Source of the DNA: a bacterium
GTDB lineage: Bacteria; Krumholzibacteriota; Krumholzibacteriia; G020349025
Assembly (NCBI GenBank): GCA_031362565.1
Contig: JANLSU010000126.1
Location: forward strand, 1 to 64,000
Direction of reading: 5' to 3'
DNA: 64,000 nt
The position numbers and the translations under genes were made by a program. The notes under the pieces were generated by a model, which saw nothing but the letters and a program-made list of their open reading frames with translations, was not told the origin of the DNA and searched no databases. Within the stretch, counting starts at the first letter, position 1. Each line of letters starts with the position of its first letter. Below are positions 36,342 through 46,477 of the stretch, in pieces.

Positions 36342-37952
36342 CTAACCCCGGCTGCGCCGGCGCAGAGTCACGAAGATGCCAAGTGCGGCGACAATCCCCG
36401 GCAGCAGAGCCACCGACACCAGATTGATCGCGCCCAGTTCCGCCTTGGTGAATGACACGCGCCGCGAGTCGGGATCCTTGGGCCGCACTGCGATCAGATC
36501 CTCGTCCTGCGCCAGCCACGCGACGCAGTTCAGGAAGAAGTTGCCATTGCCCATGTCGGGGAAATTGCGGTTGCTGGCAAATTCGGAGTCGCCGATGACG
36601 ACCAGGCGGGCCTCGGTATCGCTCGTGGCACCGGCGGCGCGCAGCGCTTCCTTCTCGACGTGCGCGTCACCTGGGGTCTCGACGCTCACCGCCGGATCCA
36701 GTTCGCGGGCGATGCCGGCCACATCCAGCCGCACCGCCATGGCGATCGGCACCGGCCCCGGCACGTCGTTCGGATCGCCGGCACTCACCCTGGAGTTGTC
36801 GACGTCGCCATCCGCCCAGCTCTCGGGACTCGTGAACGCCAGCACCGCCGACTCGGCGCGGCCGTTGTAAGCGCTCCACGCCCGCACCGAGCGCACGAGT
36901 TCGAAGTAGGTCGGCAGGCGAAACTGCTTGGTGATCGCGTGCACGCCGTAGCGGTTCACCAGCGGTACCAGCGGCCCGCGACCGAGAAGCTGCCCGGTGG
37001 GGCTCGTATCCACGACCCGGTCGTTCCCGACCTCGACACCCCACAGGTGGCAATAACCCTCGAGCCCGGTATCGAATCGTGGGTCGAGCAAGAACATGCA
37101 CCGGTGGCCGCTTTGCAAATAGCGCGCAATAGCGGTGAGTTCGGTGTCGAGCAAATGCGACTTGGCGCCTGCCACCACGAGCACGTCACAGTCGGTGGGC
37201 ACGTCGGCCTTGCCTTGCAGCGACAACGGCTGCGGATCGTAGTTCTCCCGCTTCAGCGCCTCGGCCGCGGCCGTGAAGCCGGTGATTCCCTTCGACGTCA
37301 TGTCCTTCTCGCCATGGTCGACCAGGAAGTACACCTTCTTGCGCCCCGAGCGCGACACCTTGATGAGCGCGTTGGTGACTTCTTCTTCGCCGAGCGCCTG
37401 AATCCGTTCGATTTTCTCGCCGGCATCGAAGACGATGGTGCCGAAGTTATTGACGCCATAGCGCTCCGCCTGCTGCGGATCTTTGTTGAGGTCGTCCATG
37501 TGCACGCGCAGGAGGCCATTGCGGCGGGTGTATTCGCGCAACAGATCGCGCGCCGTGTCGCGTGTTGAACGGTCGAAGAACACATGGATGTCGATGCGCT
37601 TGCGCACCCCCTGCAACACCTTCAGCGACTTGTCGGAAAGACTGAACTCGTGGGTCGCCGTGAAATCGGCGCGCCAACTGTGGCGGTCGGCCATGAACCC
37701 CACCAGCGCCAGAATGATGGCGACCAAACCCGACAGCACGAGAGCGTTGACTCCGTAGCGCGCCGACCGCCGCGTCAGATAGCGATTCAGGTCGCGCCAT
37801 GAAAGCACCACGGCGAGCGACCAGGCGGCGCCGCCCGCTGCCAAGAGCACCGTTGACAACGCCCCGCCCCAACCCTGGAACGCCGACAAGAAGACCGCCA
37901 GCACGAGCAGCAATACACCGGCGCCGACGATGATCCAGAAGCGCTGCTTCAC
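36342..37952 (-). CDS. GldG-like ABC transporter auxiliary component
   Basis: DFTATHEFSLSDKS, KKVYFLVDHGE, RLVVIGDSEF, N..FFLNCVAWL, C-terminal TM. Confidence 0.85.
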   Translation of the reverse strand: MKQRFWIIVGAGVLLLVLAVFLSAFQGWGGALSTVLLAAGGAAWSLAVVLSWRDLNRYLTRRSARYGVNALVLSGLVAIILALVGFMADRHSWRADFTATHEFSLSDKSLKVLQGVRKRIDIHVFFDRSTRDTARDLLREYTRRNGLLRVHMDDLNKDPQQAERYGVNNFGTIVFDAGEKIERIQALGEEEVTNALIKVSRSGRKKVYFLVDHGEKDMTSKGITGFTAAAEALKRENYDPQPLSLQGKADVPTDCDVLVVAGAKSHLLDTELTAIARYLQSGHRCMFLLDPRFDTGLEGYCHLWGVEVGNDRVVDTSPTGQLLGRGPLVPLVNRYGVHAITKQFRLPTYFELVRSVRAWSAYNGRAESAVLAFTSPESWADGDVDNSRVSAGDPNDVPGPVPIAMAVRLDVAGIARELDPAVSVETPGDAHVEKEALRAAGATSDTEARLVVIGDSEFASNRNFPDMGNGNFFLNCVAWLAQDEDLIAVRPKDPDSRRVSFTKAELGAINLVSVALLPGIVAALGIFVTLRRRSRG

Positions 37953-37965
37953 CCGTGTCTCCCCT

Positions 37966-38748
37966 TTACCGGTACTTGAGCGAATCGACCGAGCGCAACG
38001 TCAGGAAGAGGCCCAAGAACACGAAGCTCAGATAAAAAACAATGTGCTTCGTGTCGAGGATGCCCTTGCTGAAGTCTTCGAAATGGCTGACCAGCGACAA
38101 CTCGCTCAGCCACTGCCCGAAAGTCGAACCCGGATCGCCCAACAGCCCGGCGAGCCACAAGAGCAGCACCGCGCCGAGGCCGCCCACGCCGGCCACCACT
38201 TGGCTGCGGGTGAGCGACGAAATGAAGATGCCAACGACCAAGAACGCCTCGCCCTGCAGAAAGAGGCCCAAGAAGGCCACCAGCAGGGTCGGCCCGTGCG
38301 GATTGCCGAAGAAGAACAGGCTGCTCGTGAGCCCGAGCGCCAGCACCACCATGACGGCGAACACAGTGCTCGCCGCCAAGAACTTGGCGACCACGATGTC
38401 GAGGACATCGAGCGGCGACGTGAGCAAGAGCTCCATCGTGCCGGCGCGGTGCTCGTCCGCGAAGGTGCCCATCGTGATGAACGGCAGCATGAAGAGAGTC
38501 AATGCCGCCAGGCTGGTCATGACCGGACGGAGGAGGTACAGCTGCAAGCCGGCCGGTTGCACCTCTTGTCCCGACGCCGTCATCCGCTCGCGCAGGTACG
38601 TATCGAACGCCACGTACTCGCGCACCGCATTCATGAAGAACAGCCCGGCCAGCAACACGAACACGGTGATCACCACGTAGGCGATCGGCGATGTGAAGTA
38701 GGCCCGCATCTCGCGGGCGTAGACCGGTAGAATCCCTTTGCCCGTCAC
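37966..38748 (-). CDS. GldF-like ABC-2 permease
   Basis: REMRAYFTSPIAY, FADEHRAGTMELLLTSP, HFEDFSKGILD. GTGA overlap with the ATPase stop. Confidence 0.88.
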   Translation of the reverse strand: MTGKGILPVYAREMRAYFTSPIAYVVITVFVLLAGLFFMNAVREYVAFDTYLRERMTASGQEVQPAGLQLYLLRPVMTSLAALTLFMLPFITMGTFADEHRAGTMELLLTSPLDVLDIVVAKFLAASTVFAVMVVLALGLTSSLFFFGNPHGPTLLVAFLGLFLQGEAFLVVGIFISSLTRSQVVAGVGGLGAVLLLWLAGLLGDPGSTFGQWLSELSLVSHFEDFSKGILDTKHIVFYLSFVFLGLFLTLRSVDSLKYR

Positions 38749-39686
38749 GCCGCCCGCCCTTCCGCCGAAACGACCCGCAAATAGATTTCCTCGAGGCTGG
38801 TTTCCTGGGTCCGCATTTCGACGAGTCCCCAGCCGTGCTCGACGATCAGTTTCGCAAGCGCCGGGCGCAGGTCGTCGCGGCGCTCGCACAACAGCCGGTA
38901 GCGCCGCCGCCCGGGGGTCGCCGGCGCGGCCTCGACGCGCTGCACGCCGGCCACTGCACCCACTTCCGCACTCACATCGGCCGCCACGATGATTTCGAGG
39001 TGCAAGGTCTCGCGGTCGGTGCCGTGGGTGCTCAAATCCTTCAAGTCCTCCGCCAACACGATGTGCCCCTGGTTGATGATGATGACCCGCTCACACGTCA
39101 TGGTGACTTCCGGCAGAATGTGCGTCGACAAGATGATCGTGTGTTCGCCCGCCAGTTCACGCACCAACCGCCGCACCTCCACCACCTGCTTCGGGTCGAG
39201 CCCGGAAGTCGGTTCGTCCAGGATCAGAATAGGTGGCCCGTGCAGGATGGCCTGCGCCAGTCCAACCCGTTGCCGGTAGCCCTTCGACAGCTTGCCCGTG
39301 GTGCGGTTCTGCACATCGCCCAAGCCGCAGCGCTCGACCGTCGCATCGAGCCGGCGGCGAATCTCCGAGCGCGGCACCATCTTGATGCGCGCCACGAATT
39401 CGAGGTACTCGCGGACCCGCATGTCGGGATAGAGCGGCGGCGATTCCGGCAAGTAGCCGATGCGCCGTTTGACTTCGTCGGCCTGCTCGAAGACGTCGAA
39501 TCCGGCGACGCGCGCCGTGCCTTCGGTCGCCGGCTGGAAGCAGGTGAGAATGCGCATCGTGGTGCTCTTGCCGGCCCCATTCGGGCCCAAGAACCCGACG
39601 ATTTCACCGGCCCGCACCTGAAAGCTCACATTTTCGATGGCGCGCTTGCCCGGATACACCTTGGTCAGGCGGTCGGCGACGATCAC
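38745..39686 (-). CDS. GldA-like ABC transporter ATP-binding protein
   Basis: GPNGAGKSTT, LSKGYRQRVG, LILDEPTSGLDP, STH. GGAG RBS before GTG 39686. Confidence 0.92.
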   Translation of the reverse strand: MIVADRLTKVYPGKRAIENVSFQVRAGEIVGFLGPNGAGKSTTMRILTCFQPATEGTARVAGFDVFEQADEVKRRIGYLPESPPLYPDMRVREYLEFVARIKMVPRSEIRRRLDATVERCGLGDVQNRTTGKLSKGYRQRVGLAQAILHGPPILILDEPTSGLDPKQVVEVRRLVRELAGEHTIILSTHILPEVTMTCERVIIINQGHIVLAEDLKDLSTHGTDRETLHLEIIVAADVSAEVGAVAGVQRVEAAPATPGRRRYRLLCERRDDLRPALAKLIVEHGWGLVEMRTQETSLEEIYLRVVSAEGRAA

Positions 39687-39875
39687 GGTGGTGACTCCGG
39701 TCGAACGAGACGGTTGCGTCGAAGCACTGGCCTGGGGCGACGAACGCGCCATTCTAACAGACTGGCGCCGGGCCCCGGCAAGGGCACCAGGCCGGCGGGG
39801 GACGCCTTGGGCTAGCATCCCCGCCCTTAGGCGTTTACAGTCAGAGATGCACCCTCGCCGCCCCATGGAGATGCC

Positions 39876-40697
39876 ATGTCCCGCCTGCCGCTCAGCGTCC
39901 TGGTGACGACGCTCGACGAGGCCGAGAACCTCCAGGCCTGCCTGGACAGCGTCTGCTGGGCGGACGAGGTCGTGGTCGTGGACTCGGGCAGTTCCGACGC
40001 CACGGTGGAGATCGCCCACCGCGCCGGGGCGCGAGTTCTGGTCCATCCCTACGAGAGCGCGGCGCGCCAGAAGAACTGGGCTTTGCCGCTCGTTCGCCAC
40101 CCGTGGGTTCTGATCCTGGACGCCGACGAACGCGTCAGTCCCGAACTCGCTGCCGAGATTCAGGGTGTGCTCGCCGCGGACGGCCCGGCCGACGGCTACT
40201 TCTTGAACCGGCGCAGTTTCTTCCTCGGCCAGGCAGTGCGCCACTGCGGCTGGGATCGCGACTTCATCCTGCGCTTCTTCCGCACGACCCAGGGCCGTTA
40301 TAACGACAAACTGGTGCACGAAACCCTGCAACTGGACGGCCGGAGTGCCCGCCTGCGCGGCGCGTTGTGGCACTACACCTATCGCTCGTTTGCCGACTAC
40401 CTGGAGCGCCTGAACCGTTATACGGCGCGCGGTGCGGCCGATTTGCGCGCCGCCGGCCGCCGCCCGTCCATCGCCGCGCTGCTCTTGCGCCCGCCGGCCC
40501 GCTTCCTGCGGATGTACGTCCTGCAACGCGGCTGCCTCGACGGCCGGGTCGGCCTCCTCGTCTGCACGCTGGCGGCGTACAGTGTATGGCTGAAGTACGC
40601 CCGGCTCTTGGAACCGGCGGCCGTTGCGGTCCGCCCGACGATCGATGCCCGACCCACCCCGCACGCGGCGCCGGCCGCCGAGGAGGTGCGCCCGTGA
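39876..40697 (+). CDS. GT2 glycosyltransferase (WaaE/KdtX-like)
   Basis: VVVVDSGSSD, QKNWAL, LILDADE, VHE. Confidence 0.9.
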   Translation: MSRLPLSVLVTTLDEAENLQACLDSVCWADEVVVVDSGSSDATVEIAHRAGARVLVHPYESAARQKNWALPLVRHPWVLILDADERVSPELAAEIQGVLAADGPADGYFLNRRSFFLGQAVRHCGWDRDFILRFFRTTQGRYNDKLVHETLQLDGRSARLRGALWHYTYRSFADYLERLNRYTARGAADLRAAGRRPSIAALLLRPPARFLRMYVLQRGCLDGRVGLLVCTLAAYSVWLKYARLLEPAAVAVRPTIDARPTPHAAPAAEEVRP

Positions 40698-41842
40698 GCT
40701 TGCCATCCAGTTTGCACTTGGACGCCGGACGTGATTTCCGTGGCGGCCAACGCCAAGTCCTCTACCTGTTGCAGGGGTTGCACCGGCGTGGACATCGCGT
40801 TCTGTTGTGCTGTCCGAAGCACGGCCCGTTGCATGAACGCGCCGTCGAAGCCGGCATTCCATGCCAGCCTCTGACGCTGCGGAGCGGGCTCGATTTCGCG
40901 TCGGCCGTCCGGCTGGTGCGGCTGGTGCGCGACGGCGACTTCGATTTGGTGCACGCCCACGACGCGCACAGCCACAGCATCGCACTCGCGGCGCAAGGCA
41001 TCGGCCGGCATCGCGCCCTGTCGGACCACTTGATCGTCACCCGGCGCAGCATCGGCCAGGCGGCGGGCCGGCTCGACCGCCTGAAATACGGCCAACCAGG
41101 TGTCGCCTACATCGCGATTTCCAACGCCGTGCGCGATTCACTCGGACGTAATGGCGTCATCCCGGCCCATATCACCGTGGTGCCGAGCGGTGTCGAACCG
41201 CGCCCACCCGCGGCGCGCCACGTCGACGATCCGTGGGGCCTCGCACTGCGCGGCGTCCGCGTCATCGGTACCGTCGGACACCTGACGCGTGAGAAGAACC
41301 ACTCGCTCTTGCTCGAGGCATTTGCCCGGGTCAGGCGCCAGATCCCCGACGTGCATTTGCTGATCGCCGGCGATGGCGCGTTACGTGCAGCGCTCGAACG
41401 GCGCGCCAACAGCCTCGGGATCGCGGCGCACGTGACGTTCGCGGGGCAGCTCGAAGATGTGAGTACGGCGTACGGCATTCTGTCGGTGTTCGCGCTATCC
41501 TCCGATGTCGAGGGCCTGTGCACGGCGCTCCTCGATGCGATGGCCGCCGGCGTTCCCGTCGCCACTACGGCGGTGGGCGGCGTCATGGAAATCGCCCGGC
41601 ACGGCGATTCGGCGATGGTGGTGCCGGCGCGCGATCCGGACGCGCTTTCGGGCGCCATCGTGCGCCTGCTCGAGCAACCGGACCTCGCCCAACGGCTGGT
41701 GGAAGGCGGGCGGCGCGTCGCCGAACGCCACGGCATCGACCGCATGGTGGAGGGCACGACCGCGGTGTACGAGCGCGTGTTGCGCACCGCACCCACCCGG
41801 CCGCAACCCGCCGCGGCGGCGCCACGGACCCAAGCGCGATGA
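40694..41842 (+). CDS. GT4 glycosyltransferase
   Basis: RGGQRQV, EKNH, EGLCTALLDAMAAGVPV...GGVMEI. GTGA overlap with GT2. Confidence 0.9.
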   Translation: MSLPSSLHLDAGRDFRGGQRQVLYLLQGLHRRGHRVLLCCPKHGPLHERAVEAGIPCQPLTLRSGLDFASAVRLVRLVRDGDFDLVHAHDAHSHSIALAAQGIGRHRALSDHLIVTRRSIGQAAGRLDRLKYGQPGVAYIAISNAVRDSLGRNGVIPAHITVVPSGVEPRPPAARHVDDPWGLALRGVRVIGTVGHLTREKNHSLLLEAFARVRRQIPDVHLLIAGDGALRAALERRANSLGIAAHVTFAGQLEDVSTAYGILSVFALSSDVEGLCTALLDAMAAGVPVATTAVGGVMEIARHGDSAMVVPARDPDALSGAIVRLLEQPDLAQRLVEGGRRVAERHGIDRMVEGTTAVYERVLRTAPTRPQPAAAAPRTQAR

Positions 41843-42681
41843 TCCCGTTCGTGAAGATGCACGGCTCGGGAAATGATTTCGTGATCATCCACGAATCCGA
41901 CCTGGCCCGGAACCCACCCATCGATCCCGTGGCGCTCGCGCGCGCCGTGTGCGACCGGCATTTTGGAATCGGCGCCGACGGGCTGCTGGCCTGGGGCCCG
42001 CGGCCGGCGCGCGACGGCACGCCACGCGTTCGCATGCTCTACTGGAATGCCGACGGATCGCGCGCCGAAATGTGCGGCAACGGCGCCCGCTGCGTCGCGC
42101 GCTTGGCATGGGAAGGCGGCGCCGTCGGCACTTCGTTCAGCCTCGAAACCGACGCCGGCGACCGGGCGGTGCGGGTGCGGACCACTGGAGCTGCCGGCCC
42201 AATCATCGAAATCGACATGGGTCCGGCGGTCTGGGATCCAGCCTCTCCACCGCTCTGCCCGATGACCGTCAACGCCGAGCAACTCCACGTCAGCGCCGTC
42301 TCGATGGGCAATCCACACGCCATCGTCTTCGTCACGGACAAAGCCACCCTCGAACGCATCCCGCTCGCGACCACCGGCGCCGCACTGTCGGCGCACGCAG
42401 CGTTCCCGCACGGCGCCAATGCAAGCTTCGTCGCGGTCGATGCCGAGGGACTGCATCTGCGCACCTGGGAACGTGGCTCCGGGTCGACACTGGCGTGCGG
42501 CACCGCAACGTGTGCCGCATTTGCAGTCGCGCGGCGCACGCGCCAGCTCGAAGCGCAACGGGTGCAGGTGCACCAACCCGGCGGCTCGGTCGAAGTCTGG
42601 GAAGGTGCCGGAGGCCACCTGTGGATGGCGGGGCCGGCCGTCAAAATCGCCGCCGGGGACTTGGCCGCCGAGAGACTCTAG
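41839..42681 (+). CDS. dapF: Diaminopimelate epimerase
   Basis: FVKMHGSGNDF, GIGADG, NADGSRAEMCGNG, MGNPH, ERGSGSTLACGT. Confidence 0.95.
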   Translation: MIPFVKMHGSGNDFVIIHESDLARNPPIDPVALARAVCDRHFGIGADGLLAWGPRPARDGTPRVRMLYWNADGSRAEMCGNGARCVARLAWEGGAVGTSFSLETDAGDRAVRVRTTGAAGPIIEIDMGPAVWDPASPPLCPMTVNAEQLHVSAVSMGNPHAIVFVTDKATLERIPLATTGAALSAHAAFPHGANASFVAVDAEGLHLRTWERGSGSTLACGTATCAAFAVARRTRQLEAQRVQVHQPGGSVEVWEGAGGHLWMAGPAVKIAAGDLAAERL

Positions 42682-43712
42682 GCGCGCTCACCCTTCAAGA
42701 ACCGCATCGCCAGCGCGACGTCGTCGCGGCTGCCGATGAACAGCGGCGTGCGCTCGTGCAAATCTTGTGGTTCGATATCGAGGATATTGCGTTCGCCGTC
42801 GGTCGCGGCGCCACCGGCCTGCTCGGCAATGAACGCCAGTGGATTGGCTTCGTAGAGGAGCCGCAGCTTGCCGCGCGACGCCTTGGCTTCCTTACGATCC
42901 GACGGGTAGAAATACAACCCGCCATACAACAGATTGCGGTGGAAGTCCGCCACCAGGGAACCGATGTAGCGCAGACTGCGCGGCCGGCGGCCCTCGGCGC
43001 CGTTGCCCACTTCACCCTTGAGGTAATCGACGAGCGCCTGCATGTTCGCCGACCAATACTTAGCGTTGCCTTCATTGCAACTGTAGAGCGGGCCGCTTGG
43101 CGGTGTGGTGATCGCTTCGTGCGACAGCAAGAACTCGCCGACGCTCGGGTCGAGCGTGAAGCCATAGACGCCCTGGCCGAAGGTGTACACGAGCATGGTG
43201 CTCGGCCCGTAGACGATATAACCGGCGCAGATCATCTTGCGCCCCGGCTGCAGCAAATCCGACAGTGTTCCATCATCGGTGGCGCGCTGATTGCGCCGCC
43301 GGTAGATGCCGAAGATCGTGCCGATGTTGACATTGGCGTCGATATTCGACGACCCGTCGAGCGGGTCGAAGACCAGCACGTACGGGCCCTTCTTGAACTG
43401 CTGCGGAATCGGAATCGGGTCGGCCATCTCTTCGGAAGCCATGACGCACAGGTAACCGGTGTGATCGAGCACCTTCACCATGACGTCGTTGGCGAAGTCA
43501 TCCAGCTTCATGACCTGTTCGCCCTGGACGTTGGTCTTGCCCGTGCCGCCCAAAGCGTCCAGCAACCCGGCCTTGTTGACCTCGCGCGAGATGAGTTTGG
43601 CAGCGATCTGGATGTCGAGGAGCAACCCCGAGAACGCGCCCGTCGCCTCGGGATGGCGATGCTGGCACTCGACGATGAACCGCGAAAGGGTCATGCCCTT
43701 CAGGCTGGTCAT
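42678..43712 (-). CDS. fbp: Class 1 fructose-1,6-bisphosphatase
   Basis: NVQGEQVMKLD, ASEE, FDPLDGSSNID, RYIGSLVADFHR, KLRLLYEANP. AGGAG RBS. Confidence 0.95.
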   Translation of the reverse strand: MTSLKGMTLSRFIVECQHRHPEATGAFSGLLLDIQIAAKLISREVNKAGLLDALGGTGKTNVQGEQVMKLDDFANDVMVKVLDHTGYLCVMASEEMADPIPIPQQFKKGPYVLVFDPLDGSSNIDANVNIGTIFGIYRRRNQRATDDGTLSDLLQPGRKMICAGYIVYGPSTMLVYTFGQGVYGFTLDPSVGEFLLSHEAITTPPSGPLYSCNEGNAKYWSANMQALVDYLKGEVGNGAEGRRPRSLRYIGSLVADFHRNLLYGGLYFYPSDRKEAKASRGKLRLLYEANPLAFIAEQAGGAATDGERNILDIEPQDLHERTPLFIGSRDDVALAMRFLKGERA

Positions 43713-43788
43713 GACGGGACTCCTGACGGTTGTGCGGGCGTACCGCTGGATGGCCAGGAGTATACGCACTCGACCGTGGGCGCGGCAG

Positions 43789-44547
43789 CTAGGACTTGGA
43801 TCCCGCTCCGACCGTCTCCTTGCCTTCCGGCGCACCTTTGCCGGTGGCCGGGCGGCTGTCGTCACGATAGCCGTAGTACTTGTGATCGTAGTAGTACGGC
43901 AGCACCTCGGCGTGGTTGTTGACGATCACACCGAGGATGTTCGCATCGACATCGAGCAACACGTCACGGGCCCGAACCACGAGTTCGCGTGGCGTGACAC
44001 CCGCCATCACCACCATGAGGACGCCGTCGACCTCGGGCGACACCTGCATGGGGTCGCTGACCGGAATCACCGGCGGACAATCGATGATGATCGTATCGTA
44101 GTAGAACTTCAGCTCGTTGAGAGCCTCGGCGAGCCGGTGTGTGTCGAACAGATACGACGGCGTCGGGTCGGGGCGCCCGGCGCTCATGATCTTCAGGGTG
44201 TCGCACGGCGTATCCTGCACGCAGTCCAGAACATCGCGCTCGCCCGACAACACTTCAACGAGTCCCGGCTGACGCGACACACCGAAGTATTTGTGCACCT
44301 TGGGGCGGCGCAAGTCGGCGTCGATAATGATCGTCTTGGTGCGTTTGTGGCGCGCGATGGTCAGCGCCAGGAACGCCGCCACGGTACTCTTGCCCTCGCC
44401 CAGCGTCGCACTGGTCACCATGAAGGATTTGCTGTTGTTGGCGCGCGTCTTCTGGCGCAGCTTGCCCCACAGACGGCGCATTTCGATGCCGAGCGCCGAT
44501 TCCTCGGAGTAACAGTCGAAGACTGTGATCTTGTCCTTGTCGCTCAC
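43789..44547 (-). CDS. CpsD/CapB-family tyrosine kinase (BY-kinase)
   Basis: TSATLGEGKST, IDADLRRP, IIDCPP and C-terminal Tyr cluster PYYYDHKYYGY. Confidence 0.9.
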   Translation of the reverse strand: MSDKDKITVFDCYSEESALGIEMRRLWGKLRQKTRANNSKSFMVTSATLGEGKSTVAAFLALTIARHKRTKTIIIDADLRRPKVHKYFGVSRQPGLVEVLSGERDVLDCVQDTPCDTLKIMSAGRPDPTPSYLFDTHRLAEALNELKFYYDTIIIDCPPVIPVSDPMQVSPEVDGVLMVVMAGVTPRELVVRARDVLLDVDANILGVIVNNHAEVLPYYYDHKYYGYRDDSRPATGKGAPEGKETVGAGSKS

Positions 44548-44559
44548 GGATTTCCTCCG

Positions 44560-46308
44560 CTACCTCGAGGGGGCCGGGATGCTGGCCGGGCGCACGGGGT
44601 TCACACTGGGCCGTACCGCCGACGGCGTGACGCCGCCACGCAAGATTTCTTCGGCGCGCGCCCGTGGCACCGTGACGTGCTGCTTGCGGAGCAGCTTCTC
44701 GTACAACGCCATACCGCCGATGACCATCACCAGCAACAGGATCGAGCTGCCGAGCACCAAGTGCCGGCGCCGGCTGGCCGGGATGCCGCCGAACGGCATG
44801 CCGTTCGGAACCAGCGGCACCGTCCCGACGACGCGCAAGTTGAGCACCCGTTCGATCTCTTCGACGTCCTTGAACGACTTGTCGAGATACTCGAGGCCGA
44901 GGATCGAACCGACGCCACCCAAGAGAGCCAGCACGAAGGCCAAGAGCGTCAGGCGCTTCTTGTCGGGCTTGATCGGCGCCACCGGCTTCTCCGGTGGATC
45001 GACGACGCTGACGCCGCCCGCGAGTTCGGTCGCCATCATGGTTTCGGACAGTTCGGCGCTCTTGATCGTGCGCTCGAACGTTTCGAGATCGGAGCGCGCT
45101 TGTAGGGCCCGATCCTGCAGCGCGGTCAACTGCAATTCGAGTTCGGGCTGGGCTTCGGCGCGTGACGAATAGCGGCCCAGCTGGCGATCGAGGTCGCTGG
45201 CGACGCTGCGCAAGACGTCGGTGGCGACGGTTTCGTAGGCATACTCCGCGATGCGCTCGCGATAGAACGCGTCGACCCGCGCGAACTTGTCCTCGGCCAG
45301 CGCCGACAATCGTGCCCGCAGCGCACTGCGCGTCGAACCGTTGCCGTCCAGGGCCGTGCCGTTCGTACCGGGCGCCCGCTGCACGTCGTCCGACAGTTCG
45401 TCTTCGAGCCCGGCCCGTAGCCGGCGTTCGAGGGCCGCGACTTCCTTGTCGGCGCGCAAGGCCTTCACGTCGGGAAGCGCCTCGAGCACGCTGCGCAGGA
45501 GTTCACGCAAGTTGTCGGTGCGGTGCTCGCCTTGATCCACGTCCGCCTGCATGCGCCGCAGCTCGGCTTTGGCGCTGGCCACATTGGCCACGTTGACCGT
45601 GCCGCTGGCATTCTGTTCGCGGATCAGCTTCGACTGGAAATCGCGCAGGTCTTTTTCCGCGCCTTCGACCTTGTCGCTGTAGATGCGTTGCTGGGCCGAC
45701 GAGAACTTGAACAGTTCCTCGAGCTTGTCCATGCGCTCGCGCTTGACTTCGGTGACGAAGTCTCTGGCGACTACCTTGGCGAGAATATAGGCACTCTCGG
45801 CGTCGTTGTCGGCAACCGCCACGGTGAACATGTTGTTGTCGGCAACCTTGACGTCGAGCTTCTCGCGCAGCCCGCGAACCAGCAGGCGCATGGCGATTTC
45901 TTCCGTCGGGACGTCCGGATTGCGCGTGTCGTGCATCATTTTGGCGCGCGCCAGAATCGTCGGATCGTTCTGCAGCCCCAGCTCGCGGATGACGCCTTCC
46001 AGAAATTCGCGCCCCTCGACCTGGGTGCGGACGTCCGCCAATTGGTCCTTGCGGCGAGTCCGCTTGTCTTCGCCGACGATGGCGCGCTCGAGTTCGTTGT
46101 TGACGCGGGTGCGCTGCTCGACCAGCAGGCGCGCCTGGGAAATGTACAGCGGACTCATGAAACGAACCGCGACCGCCGTAATGCTGGTGATGAACAGGAC
46201 TGGCAGAATGACGAACAACCGCCGGCGCCAAATCAGCCGGAAGTAACGCATGACGTCCAGCCGGGTATCATCGGCCTCGAGCACGCGGCGTTCGGGTTTC
46301 GCTGCCAT
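44560..46308 (-). CDS. Wzz/GumC-like polysaccharide co-polymerase
   Basis: IWRRR + TM, P.Y.SQA, long coiled coil, VVDPPEKP..P.KP + TM, EYLDKSF...E.E..L...V.G.VP, extra C-terminal TM. GAGAGGGA RBS. Confidence 0.88.
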   Translation of the reverse strand: MAAKPERRVLEADDTRLDVMRYFRLIWRRRLFVILPVLFITSITAVAVRFMSPLYISQARLLVEQRTRVNNELERAIVGEDKRTRRKDQLADVRTQVEGREFLEGVIRELGLQNDPTILARAKMMHDTRNPDVPTEEIAMRLLVRGLREKLDVKVADNNMFTVAVADNDAESAYILAKVVARDFVTEVKRERMDKLEELFKFSSAQQRIYSDKVEGAEKDLRDFQSKLIREQNASGTVNVANVASAKAELRRMQADVDQGEHRTDNLRELLRSVLEALPDVKALRADKEVAALERRLRAGLEDELSDDVQRAPGTNGTALDGNGSTRSALRARLSALAEDKFARVDAFYRERIAEYAYETVATDVLRSVASDLDRQLGRYSSRAEAQPELELQLTALQDRALQARSDLETFERTIKSAELSETMMATELAGGVSVVDPPEKPVAPIKPDKKRLTLLAFVLALLGGVGSILGLEYLDKSFKDVEEIERVLNLRVVGTVPLVPNGMPFGGIPASRRRHLVLGSSILLLVMVIGGMALYEKLLRKQHVTVPRARAEEILRGGVTPSAVRPSVNPVRPASIPAPSR

Positions 46309-46387
46309 TCTGTCCCTCTCCTGACGCGATGAGCGGTCGGATCGGCCGACGGGAATCTCGCCTTGGCGCGCGAGCCGTGTGGCAAGC

Positions 46388-46403
46388 AGCAAGAACTGCA
46401 CCC
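46388..46403 (-). promoter_or_regulatory. Possible sigma54 promoter of the wzz-like/BY-kinase genes
   Basis: Minus strand GGGTGCAGTTCTTGCT: GG-N8-TTGCT spacing is exact but the -24 box is degenerate. Confidence 0.3.
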
Positions 46404-46477
46404 GGCATCGCGCCAACGCGCGCGGCGGTGCCGCACGCCGGCGTTTGCAGGAACGAAGCCGGAAGCAATGCCTGGAA

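Noticed and set aside
39782..39797. Sigma54 promoter upstream of GT2-GT4-dapF
   Set aside because: GGCAC and GG-N10-GC spacing are present, but the -12 box is CGGC instead of TTGC, too weak in GC-rich DNA.
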